A DNA stretch of 36,410 nt from a bacterium (GTDB taxonomy: Bacteria > Hinthialibacterota > Hinthialibacteria > Hinthialibacterales > Hinthialibacteraceae). Position numbers and translations under genes: made by a program. Of the stretch, positions 9,281 to 18,917 are shown piece by piece. The notes under the pieces are model-generated. The model saw nothing but the letters and a program-made list of their open reading frames with translations, was not told the DNA's origin and searched no databases. The stretch spans positions 1 to 36,410 of the forward strand of contig CAXXSM010000001.1 in assembly GCA_963663405.2 (NCBI GenBank). The letters run 5' to 3'. Position 1 is the stretch's first letter, and each line of letters starts with the position of its first letter.

Positions 9281-9562
9281 TATTGTTTATAAAAAAAAAT
9301 TTATTTTACTATCTGACGCTCGAATTCTATTGCGCTGCATATCCATCAATCATCTTCTTTTTTGAAAACGTCTTAACATTTTACGACCATCTTTTGAGTC
9401 TAATTCAACGTATTTTTATTCTGATCCATATATAGTGGGTTCTACTTATACCTTGATTAAGTATGTTCTAATCAACAAGAATTTAAGAGATCATTTCAAT
9501 TTTTTTTCAAAGCCATTCAGTTAATATCTTTTATCTGAATTATTTGTATTTTTTATCGCTGT

Positions 9563-11125
9563 CTATTCATTCTGTTGGTTTTGAAAACTGATTCTCTTAG
9601 TTTGATCCATAAAATTGTCTAAGGATCTAGCTAAAGACTTCGCTTTCTGATATTTCCCATCCGTCAAAGCTTGGTTCATCATGCTCTGGATCGTTGATTT
9701 CTTTTGAAGTATTGTTTGTAACCAATGTAAAGTGTTTGCTATTTCTCCTTGACATGGATTCATCTGAAATGCGAGATTTAAGGAATAGAACGCCGATTCC
9801 CAATAACTTTTTCGTAAAGCTTGTATTCCGTTTTCAATATTCTTTTTATATTGTTCAGTCCGATTCAATATCTTAAGTTGTGGACAACATCCATCTGGAT
9901 GATTGGGATATAATTCGTTTGCGCGTTCGAGAGTTTTAACTAATTCATATAAAGATAGAACATCCATGTTTTGGTTTATGTAGTGATAGATCTCTTTCAC
10001 CTGTTGATAGCGGTGATCAATTGTCTTCAGAGCTTGAGATGCTTCAAAATTCTTTAGTTGATGTTTAAGTACAATTTGATAACAATGTTTCGCATTGTCA
10101 TAATTTCTCTGTTCATATGCGTGACGGGCTTTTTGTAATAATTCTTCTATAAATTGTTCATTATATGATGGATGAACTATTTCTTTCTTTTTAAAAATGG
10201 TTTCTAAGATGGGTAGCAATTCAATCCCGCTTTGAAAGCGATTTAGTGGATTATAATCGATACATTCAGTTAAGAGAGAAAGATAGTCTGGATCATAATC
10301 TCCAAGAGACCGTGCTGTACTTGGATAAGAAAATTCTCTTTTTACATCGCCCGTGTGACTCAAGTAATAGGATCCGTCGGGATGAAGAAAGAAAGAAAGT
10401 AAAATCCCTAGACCAAAAATATCAGAACGTGTGTCTAAAACTCTATAATCAGCAGCATGAAAGTGTTCAGGACTGGCAAATAAAGGGTCAACCAGATGGA
10501 AGATCCATTCTTTCCAATTACGATGATAATAGTCAGGTGACATCCTTATAATTTCTGGTATGTGCAGAATATCCAGTTTAAAATCCTCGTTCTGTATAAA
10601 GACTTCCTTGGGAGACAGATTTAGATGAGGAATTCCTGCATGATGTAAGACTTCAACCGCTTTGCATAGTTTATGAAAATAAATCAGGTGGCATGATTCT
10701 TGTACTCGCCAATGGCTCTCTCCCGACTTTATCAAATCCAGCCAAGAATAATCTCCTACATATTCTTGAATAATAATGATAAGACCTATCCCTTCCTGTT
10801 GCGTGTGTTGAATATCCCATATTCTTTGGATATATTCATAGTTTGTAATCCGATCCGCAATGGATACAATTGAATTAATGAATCGTTGTGATTGTTCTGG
10901 GATATTGGGATTCGCAGCGATAATGGTAAGGAGCACGGTTTTAGAACTGACAGAATCCATGGCCATATAACGCAAACTGGTTTTGTTTTTTTTGTATAGT
11001 CTCTGTATTATAAACCGTTCCAATATACAGTCGCCAGTATTGAACTCAATAAGATAATCTGGTTCATTTCCAAAATTGACGCTCGGATCGAATTCCCTAC
11101 TTTGTTCATGATATTGATTGTTCAT
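9563..11125 (-). CDS. Ser/Thr protein-kinase-fold protein (probable pseudokinase) with C-terminal TPR-like repeats
   Basis: Kinase subdomains IIIIQEYV, LHHAGIPHLNLSPKEV, FASPEH, DTRSDIFGLG, NPLNRF. TPR-like ARHAYEQRNYDNAKHCYQIVL and ALRKSYWESAFYSLNLAFQMNP. Confidence 0.8.
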   Translation of the reverse strand: MNNQYHEQSREFDPSVNFGNEPDYLIEFNTGDCILERFIIQRLYKKNKTSLRYMAMDSVSSKTVLLTIIAANPNIPEQSQRFINSIVSIADRITNYEYIQRIWDIQHTQQEGIGLIIIIQEYVGDYSWLDLIKSGESHWRVQESCHLIYFHKLCKAVEVLHHAGIPHLNLSPKEVFIQNEDFKLDILHIPEIIRMSPDYYHRNWKEWIFHLVDPLFASPEHFHAADYRVLDTRSDIFGLGILLSFFLHPDGSYYLSHTGDVKREFSYPSTARSLGDYDPDYLSLLTECIDYNPLNRFQSGIELLPILETIFKKKEIVHPSYNEQFIEELLQKARHAYEQRNYDNAKHCYQIVLKHQLKNFEASQALKTIDHRYQQVKEIYHYINQNMDVLSLYELVKTLERANELYPNHPDGCCPQLKILNRTEQYKKNIENGIQALRKSYWESAFYSLNLAFQMNPCQGEIANTLHWLQTILQKKSTIQSMMNQALTDGKYQKAKSLARSLDNFMDQTKRISFQNQQNE

Positions 11126-11137
11126 AATCTTGCTTCC

Positions 11138-12988
11138 TCATGATTCAAATAGCATATTCGCTTTTACTTTATTTTCTATTTTTTGGAGCGCCTGAGTTAT
11201 AAATTCCTGAAGAAAAAACACAGGCTGATATAGATCCTGATCTTTATTTTGGATTTTCTTAAATATAGCTAATACAGTTTCATTGTATTCCTTATAGGAT
11301 TTATTCTCTTTGAAATCACTCAGCTGAAACGTCAAGACTTGGATCGTCTGAGAGTGAAACGGCCCAGGTATGACGATTAAGAGAAGGTTTAATACGATGC
11401 TTGGATTGAATTGATGTACTGGAATGACAACGCTTTGAGATATAATACTACTCTTTGATGGATTCCAGTCGATCTCTATCACATGCGCTGAGTGTAATAG
11501 TTCTATGTAATTTGTACATGAATCTCGATCTTTGTGATATTTTTCTACAATATGAGAGGCTTGTAACATAGGGATGTTCCACACTGTTGGATGCTGAACC
11601 TCAATCGGTCTCCAGCCACTTAGTGGTTCTTCTAATATGTCAGCCGCTCTTAGGAGATCGGTAAGAGAGAAATCTACTTTGACTGTGATTCTATGATTCA
11701 TCCGCCTCTCAATCTTCTCATCCTTAATATGAAATAGAGCCAATACAGAATTTGCCTTTTTATAAAATCCTAATTGTCTTAATATCGCTATATATCGTTT
11801 TACTGATTTATGTATCTTTGGATGATTAATTGGAAGTAAGGTAATTTGCTTTTGCCTGATGGATAATTCTTCTAGGATATTTTTTTGCTCCTTCGCAGAT
11901 TTTGCTTGTAGAGCCAAAGAAACATGCTCATAGCCAAGTTCTCCAAGTTGTGTAAAATATTGATTCAATTGTGCTAATGGAAGTTTCCCGGCTAGACTTT
12001 GTATATTGTTAATAATCGTTTGCGCCTGTTTCCTTCGATTGAATTCGTTGAGTTTTTGTATTACGTGTGAATCTGGATTGGTTACTTTGTAGCAGCGAAT
12101 CCTATCAATTTTCTTATAGTAGTCCAGTAAGTCACCATCAAAATGGTATATAAGAATTTCTCCTGCGCTATTCAAAAGATACAGGATTTGTTGGGATTCA
12201 GAACTGTGAATTGAGATCGTACCTTTAGGCAATATATGTTGATTGATAATTTCCATATCGTCGATTGAATAGACTTTCATCACCCCATCAAGATATCCGA
12301 CGGAGAGGAGATATTTATTAAACGGGCAAATTGTATAATAGGATCCATCTGGTATTGGAATCGACTGAACTTGTTCTATATCCAAGCGAAACAAAACCAA
12401 ATCAGTCATTCCTGGATATACAATCGCTTGCGCTTTTTGCCAATAGATCACTCTGGATTGATGGGATTTAGAGATGGGTTGTGGAAGTGAATATTCTGAC
12501 TCACTCACAGAATCTTTGTCATTCCAAACAACCAATTGTCCACAGGCCGTTAATCCTATAATTTCAGATTGTGGAACTTGAATTAATGAAAAGATGTTTT
12601 TGTTCTCTGTCTGGAATTGGACTGGTTTAGTATTCCATTCATCGATTGATTTAGTAAAACAACGATTCTGGTTATCACTAAAAATTATACGTTTTAAATC
12701 CTTGAAACAAACCGATTGAATAGAAGAGCCATGAAAGAACTTTTTTATTTTAATTGATTCTCTTACTGATTGTGAGCGCAAACCGGATAGGTGAAAGAGG
12801 AAGCCACGATCAGTGCCTAAGATTATTTGATCTAAATCCGAAGATATATGTAACGCTGTAATAAAGGAATCACGTGGTATCGTCATGATTGATTCAACAT
12901 GATCAGATCCGTAGATGTACCATTTCAATTGATCTCTCAGACCAAAAGTGGCAAACACAATATATTCTTTAACGCTACTCATGTTCAT
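11138..12988 (-). CDS. WD40-like beta-propeller protein with helical C-terminal half
   Basis: Blade-like repeats ITALHISSDLDQIILGTDRGFLF, IIGLTACGQLVVWN, LLSVGYLDGVMKVYSI, LYLLNSAGEILIYHF. Confidence 0.65.
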   Translation of the reverse strand: MNMSSVKEYIVFATFGLRDQLKWYIYGSDHVESIMTIPRDSFITALHISSDLDQIILGTDRGFLFHLSGLRSQSVRESIKIKKFFHGSSIQSVCFKDLKRIIFSDNQNRCFTKSIDEWNTKPVQFQTENKNIFSLIQVPQSEIIGLTACGQLVVWNDKDSVSESEYSLPQPISKSHQSRVIYWQKAQAIVYPGMTDLVLFRLDIEQVQSIPIPDGSYYTICPFNKYLLSVGYLDGVMKVYSIDDMEIINQHILPKGTISIHSSESQQILYLLNSAGEILIYHFDGDLLDYYKKIDRIRCYKVTNPDSHVIQKLNEFNRRKQAQTIINNIQSLAGKLPLAQLNQYFTQLGELGYEHVSLALQAKSAKEQKNILEELSIRQKQITLLPINHPKIHKSVKRYIAILRQLGFYKKANSVLALFHIKDEKIERRMNHRITVKVDFSLTDLLRAADILEEPLSGWRPIEVQHPTVWNIPMLQASHIVEKYHKDRDSCTNYIELLHSAHVIEIDWNPSKSSIISQSVVIPVHQFNPSIVLNLLLIVIPGPFHSQTIQVLTFQLSDFKENKSYKEYNETVLAIFKKIQNKDQDLYQPVFFLQEFITQALQKIENKVKANMLFES

Positions 12989-13682
12989 GGTTTTTATTTA
13001 TGGGGCTGATCGTCTGATTTTCCATAGGCCCTAATGAAAGCAAATCACTTATTTCAGTCTGGTTATTAAATCCATCGCTTGAATTTTGCTGTACGCTTTG
13101 TATTTGTCCAATAGGAGGGATTATATTCTTTGCGTCAATATCATTCGCTTCATTTATTCGTTGACTTTTTAACTGTGGTTGGTTCAATATGGTATGAACT
13201 TGATTAGGGCGTTTTTTTCGAGTTCCGGCTATGGCCCAATCACTGAGCGCCTGTTCAACGTGTTCAATAAGCAACAGCATCGTTTGACGGTGATGATCAA
13301 TTTGTTCGTACTGGTTCGCTTGTAGTTTCTCTGCTTTTAGGTAAGCATCTTCTACTTCATCCACATTCAATTTGTTTGTATCTGCGACAATGAGGAAAAG
13401 ATTGCGCGAACAACGAATCAGTTCTTTATTAAAGCGGCTTAAAGCCTGATATAAACTATCAAGATGCTTTAAGCACTGGTTTAATAACTGGTAGTACTGT
13501 TGACGGCTCATCATGTCACTTTTAGTATTGTCTGACCAGACTGGCGTTGATATTTCAGGAAATACAGATAACTGATCAAGAATCTGACTTGTTTTTTTCT
13601 GATATTTAACCAGTTCGCTGTCTTCGAATTGATTCATCCAATCAGGAATCGATTCTTTCATCGATTGACTAAACCAGTCCAT
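12975..13682 (-). CDS. Hypothetical alpha-helical protein, 235 aa
   Basis: Tightly coupled to neighbours (1-nt gap upstream, 14-nt overlap downstream); GGAG RBS. Confidence 0.75.
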   Translation of the reverse strand: MDWFSQSMKESIPDWMNQFEDSELVKYQKKTSQILDQLSVFPEISTPVWSDNTKSDMMSRQQYYQLLNQCLKHLDSLYQALSRFNKELIRCSRNLFLIVADTNKLNVDEVEDAYLKAEKLQANQYEQIDHHRQTMLLLIEHVEQALSDWAIAGTRKKRPNQVHTILNQPQLKSQRINEANDIDAKNIIPPIGQIQSVQQNSSDGFNNQTEISDLLSLGPMENQTISPINKNHEHE

Positions 13683-13683
13683 C

Positions 13684-14199
13684 TTACTTATCTCCTTTTG
13701 AATTCAACTTTGCTTCCATTTCTTGCCGGGCAAGTTGACTCGCTTCCTTTGCTTCCAGCGCTTTTTTGATTTCTTCTTGGAAGAACTCGATTTCTTCTGT
13801 TTCAGCTTCTATTACACGTTGTAGTTCTGAATTGATTTCCGTCGTTTTTATTTTGGATTCCGCTTCATTCACTTTTTGCATATCTGATTCAACACGTGAT
13901 TGGCGTTCCAAGTTTTCCTGAGTGATGTTTTCTGTCTCTGCTTGAATCTGCTCTAATACCTGATCCCTTTGTACGTAAATGTCCATCGATATCTGTTCTG
14001 CTGATTCCATTATCAATGAGACCGCTTCTGTGCCTTCCACCGTCCCTTCTAAATCCAATTTTTCTAACGTCTGACGTACTTGTTCCACTTCCTGTACGGC
14101 TTCTTCTAAATCCTGTTCTTTTTCATTGAGTGAATCCAGATTCTGTTCGATACGTTCAGAGATTTCATTTCTTGAATAGTGATTTCCTTTATGGTTCAT
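13684..14199 (-). CDS. Acidic coiled-coil protein, 171 aa
   Basis: E/Q-rich heptad pattern with a central LEGTVEG turn; starts 4 nt after the ATPase stop. Confidence 0.8.
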   Translation of the reverse strand: MNHKGNHYSRNEISERIEQNLDSLNEKEQDLEEAVQEVEQVRQTLEKLDLEGTVEGTEAVSLIMESAEQISMDIYVQRDQVLEQIQAETENITQENLERQSRVESDMQKVNEAESKIKTTEINSELQRVIEAETEEIEFFQEEIKKALEAKEASQLARQEMEAKLNSKGDK

Positions 14200-14203
14200 C
14201 AGA

Positions 14204-17004
14204 TCATCCTTTCTGAGTGGTTGGACGTAAGCGTTGCTTAAGCGAACTCAATCTTTTTAAAAATGATTCCGTATCGCGTTGAATTGTATTGTTAAATCTA
14301 TCGATTAACTGATCACGGTATTTTTTTATCTCAGGAAAACGATTACCATCTTCCTCTGTTTCTTTGATGACTGGCGAATATGTGTTAGTTTTGAAAATAT
14401 AAAAAAAGTGTTTTAAGCGACATTCGAACTTATGAATTTTCTGATATAAAGAGTTAAGATCAGTAGCCTTTTGAGTGGGTTGATGTAAGGCAGAAATCAA
14501 TTGAGTAAATTCTTCAGCAATCAGGATCCTTTTCTGATCGAATTGGTCCATATCTTCGTGTAACAATGAAAGATCTGCAGCGATGTTTTGTCGTTTGGTA
14601 TCTTTGTGCCAATCTTCATTTTCAATATGTGGAATGATACTTTCACTTATATGTACGTCATTTATCTTTTCATCAAGCGATGGTAGAATTGTTTTTATTT
14701 TTATTGGCTTATGAAATCCTTCGGTGTAAAGGTAAGCGTCTCCAGGCAGAAATCTCGCTATTTCTTCATGCTCCTTAGCCTTGAATAACATAGTTTGACC
14801 CAAAGCGATTCGTTCATCTTCTGCTACTTGCTTAAAGCCTACTTTAGTAGCCGTGTTTTTTATCACTTCCGCCGCGACAGCGGAAGGAAGTTGATCCGAA
14901 ATAATCAGCCCTACCTTGAGTGACCTCATTTCGGCCAACCAGCGAATAATAAACTCTGCCGCAAATGCCTTTGGATCTGGATTCGATTCTGAAACAGTAG
15001 CGTCTGTATTATTACCGACAAGTAAATGAGCCTCATCGAGAAATATCACATGACGCAAAGATCGATCGCAAACCGGTATCGTTTTGTAATATTCCTTGAT
15101 CAATGTGAGAACCACAAGAGTAAGAAATGCCATCTTTTCCACGGATAGACAATCAATTTCTAAAACGCAGGGATTGTTGACAATTTCCGGGATTGATGGA
15201 CTTGAATGACGACAATGAAATATTTTTCCAATATATCCAATCAAAAGTGGGCGTAAGCGGACATCCACGGCAGCGCGAATATCTGCGTATAGAGTACGTT
15301 CATAATGTTTCGCCTCTAAAATTATTTCAAAAATACGCATGAAATCACGTACCATAGGTGGATTATCTTTATCATAATTCTTATACAAAGTAGTTAGCGT
15401 TTCTTCAATTAATGAGGGAAGCGGACCAGACATTGGCATAGCTGCTTTAAAACAATGCATGATGTTATCGATATGCTCATTTTTTGAAATCCCAGGTTGC
15501 AATTCAAAAAAATTTATTTTAAATAATGATACATTCTCTTTAGCGGTATAAATACGTAGATCTTTTGCTAGACTGGAAATCCTTGAATCCGGATGATTTT
15601 TATAGAATTTAAATATCCGGCTATCGAGTTTTGCTGTATCAATGGCCAAAAAAGGAATGGATGAATGGTTACACGTCCCTTCATTGCTATCATTAAAGGC
15701 CCTTTGATAATTTCCACTATGCAATTGAATCTGCCAATTTCTTATAAAAGAGGTTTTTCCTGAACCAGGCATTCCAGATAAAAATCCGCCCTTAGGGAGT
15801 AGAGAATAACTTATATTGTATGGTATTTTCATATTATGTTGTTTTACATAATATGAAGAAAATCCTGTAAGTATTCCTTTAGATTCATGTATGATATCAG
15901 GATCAGTATCCATTCGCATGCATAATGGTGAATGATAATTCCCAATTGGAAGACGGATTAATCCCTCTAATTCATTACCCGGCGCAGTAAACAATAATCG
16001 TCGTAGATTCATATAAATCTTGGGCGTAGAATCAAGTTCTATTTCAGGTATAAAAACATCATAACATTTGACTCTATCTTGTAATAAATGGAAAACTGTA
16101 TCGCTGGACGTGAAGGTATCAATATTCCATGCGTTATCATCGAATCCACAGTTACAAAGTACATTGGCTATTAGTTTCGCGACAGATTGAGTTTGAGCGA
16201 AGACCGTAACACAAAATTGTAATTGTTTTTGAAATAGTGTTTCATGAAAGCGTTGTTGATTACGTAACACTTGCTTGGATAGAGGTTCTTCATACTGCAG
16301 TTTTTTTGTGGGAGAATTTATTGATTGATATGCCCAATCTTCAGTTTGGTTAGCAAGACACATATTGGTTAAATCAAAATCACTGCGGTCTCTCCGGTTG
16401 ATTGTATCTAATTTTGCTAAATATGCGGTGTGGTTTTCAAGTTCAAAGGCTATATCTGTTGGTTCAACTGTTAAAGTAATGAGAAGCTTCTCTTCAATTT
16501 GATTTAAAATCTGATCCAAATTGGAATAATCGTTTCTATCATTAGCATGGAATGACCTTAGAAACACATAGTAGGGTGGAATTTTTGAATTGTATTCCGA
16601 AGTATATAATGGTGAAAAACGATTGATTGACCTTGATACTTGTGAAACTGCGTGATATTCCTCCCATGGAATATGAGGTGTAACATTCTTCTTAAAAGTG
16701 TAAAATACGCTTAACGGCCCACGCTCTACAATCAAAGGAACCAAATTACTGGAGTCTTTCTCTTTACTATGTATAATTAAATATAACTGCAGACGGGATT
16801 GCGGATGATCAACGACACTGAGTGGATTGAATAAATACTGAAATGATAATGAACATGAATTGGATGGAAATTTTGAAATAGTTCTAGTGTATGGCGGGAA
16901 TTCTCTTTAATATTCTGACGAGCGTCACCATTATAGAAAAGAATATTACTAGATTCTGGATCTATGATAAATGGGATTCTATAAGAAATCATTTTATTTG
17001 ACAT
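14204..17004 (-). CDS. HerA/FtsK-like (DUF87-type) ATPase, ~933 aa if the single frameshift near 16866-16870 is corrected
   Basis: Walker A GMPGSGKT, Walker B VIFLDEAH, EMRSLKVGLIISDQLPSAV...NT. Adding one base after ...ELFQNF joins ORF 16777-17004 to 14204-16744 through an open frame (PSNSCSLSFQYLFNP...SSNLVPLIV). Confidence 0.82.
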
Positions 17005-17067
17005 AATTTTTTCAGGATATCTATTAAAAATTATATCGATTCGCTAACAGGGATTTATTATAGAAAA

Positions 17068-17948
17068 TTATTTTGAACACGTTGAGCAATTCATATATTG
17101 TTTTAAATCTATTCCATACCACCTTAAAATGCGCATTCCATCAACCTTATTCTCCAATGGGTGCCAATCCTTAATTTGAGACATAGGATCTCTGCGATTA
17201 AACCAAAGGTAATAGGGCATATTCAGGTCATCTTCCAGTGAGTGTAATGTGGTCGACTTATCTCTTATCAACTCCATAATGGCCAGCTTTACTGTCATAA
17301 AAGAGATAGGACTTATATCATTAGATAAACCAGGTTCAATAGGCATAGGTCGGTCTGAATAGGAGTATTTTAACGAATCCTTATTACTTGAAATCTCACG
17401 GTTTTCAGACATTTCTGGCAAGATTCCCAAATAACATTGGTAACAGGGAGTTTTGCTTGGCCTAACAATGAGGATCTGCCCCCGTATGCGCGCCGGAATA
17501 CCCCTGGATATATACATACTATTCCCTGTTCAACACAAATTTTATTAATTATTTTGGAACTTTCTTTATCCACTGTGGCGCATATTACTAAGTCAGATCC
17601 TCTTATGATTTCTTCTACCCTTGAATAACAATCCCAATCAATTTTTAAATCGCATTGGCAGACTTTCGCATAGGGATTGACCTCGTGAATGTGATCGCTC
17701 ACGGCTTTAACTTTTTTACGCCCAGCATGTGGACCGCCTATGATATGTCGAAATATGTTGCCGATTTCGTAACGATCGTTATCAACAAGGCTTGTATTCC
17801 CTAGCCCCGCTTTGACCAATCCATCGATTATTTGACTCCCTAAAGTTCCCACTCCAAGTACTATTACGTTTTTTTCCGCTAAATGATCGGCTTCTAGAAT
17901 CCCACAGTTTCTAGAATATAATTCTTCTTTTAGTGGTACGATTTGCAT
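17068..17948 (-). CDS. E1-like ThiF/MoeB adenylyltransferase, frameshifted at the C5 run 17479-17483
   Basis: YSRN arginine finger, GVGTLGS, DNDRYEIGNIFRH, PCYQC and C-terminal CSTC. One extra G gives FRRAYGG-QILIVRPSKTPCYQC. Confidence 0.85.
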
Positions 17949-18019
17949 TGAAGCAGGGATCCACTTCTTTGATGCCTGTAAGTAGTAGGATGTAACATTT
18001 TCGTTTAATAATTCTTTTG

Positions 18020-18466
18020 TTATTTATGAAGAATATCATCGGTAAGAATTCTTTCATTGACAACAATCCTGATATGATCATTTGAATAACCTATTTTATC
18101 AATATCAATGTCATCAAGTTCATTTACAGGATTGATTGAACCCGGTATAGTGTTGTAACGGTTTGTATGGCATGTTTGAAAACAAGCATTGTAAACCTCT
18201 CCATTATCCCACTCGAAAAAAGATATGGATTTACATTTACTGCATGCTTGCAATGATATGAATTCTTCTATTGGAAAAACAATGATCGGATTTTCACTAC
18301 CAACGATCGTGTCCTCAGGACTAAACCTAGGAGCGCTATCAGGATCGTCAAGAGAAGATTCTTCTCTTATTTGATTAGTGTCTCTGTCTGCGATTAACTC
18401 TTTACTGCTATTCTCCGCTGAATCTAAGTTTGATAAAATCTGGGATATCCAATCTTGCTCTATCAT
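18020..18466 (-). CDS. Hypothetical protein; probably the N-terminal domain of the E1 (second frameshift)
   Basis: One added A at CAT AAA (~18023) reads ILHK-ITKELLNENVTSYYLQASKKWIPAS-MQIVPLKEELYSR with no stop. Cys clusters CSKC and CFQTC. Confidence 0.6.
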   Translation of the reverse strand: MIEQDWISQILSNLDSAENSSKELIADRDTNQIREESSLDDPDSAPRFSPEDTIVGSENPIIVFPIEEFISLQACSKCKSISFFEWDNGEVYNACFQTCHTNRYNTIPGSINPVNELDDIDIDKIGYSNDHIRIVVNERILTDDILHK

Positions 18467-18917
18467 TTTTCATCCTCCTGCGTAAATTGTCTAAATACGA
18501 TTTAATGGTATTACCTGTTTTGAGATGTTCTTCATACCCGTTTAACCATAAATTCACAAGCTTCTTTATGTCGATCAATCTTTTATTTGAATTCCAATAG
18601 TGATTACAGATCTGCACAACGCCCTCAGGGCCATTCCTCCAGGTTTTATATATTTCACTCCCATTCAACGCATTTATTGTTTCTTGCGAATTAAATTTGT
18701 ATAAAGTAGTTGGATAAGTTATGTATATATGAGGAGTTACATCTGGATAAGTGTTTGGGATTTCACATTGAATATTGTAGTAATTTCCACTAAGTATAAA
18801 AAACACTTGACCTACAAGATATTGTTTCCCGTATTTATTATATAGGTAAAACTTATTGTTATCACGATTTGAATAATCTAATTCCATTTCTTCAATCTTT
18901 AATTCTGTAGATAACAT
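18408..18917 (-). CDS. E2/UBC-fold ubiquitin-conjugating-like protein
   Basis: YNIQCEIPNTYPDVTPHIYI (UBC P..YP..PP motif); GVVQIC candidate catalytic Cys followed by W; LWLNGYE helix. GAGGTG RBS. Lies between JAB and E1. Confidence 0.72.
   Translation of the reverse strand: MLSTELKIEEMELDYSNRDNNKFYLYNKYGKQYLVGQVFFILSGNYYNIQCEIPNTYPDVTPHIYITYPTTLYKFNSQETINALNGSEIYKTWRNGPEGVVQICNHYWNSNKRLIDIKKLVNLWLNGYEEHLKTGNTIKSYLDNLRRRMKNDRARLDIPDFIKLRFSGE

Noticed and set aside
17068-17948. Housekeeping thiF/moeB
   Set aside because: The neighbours are E2 and JAB genes, with no ThiS/MoaD or cofactor biosynthesis genes.
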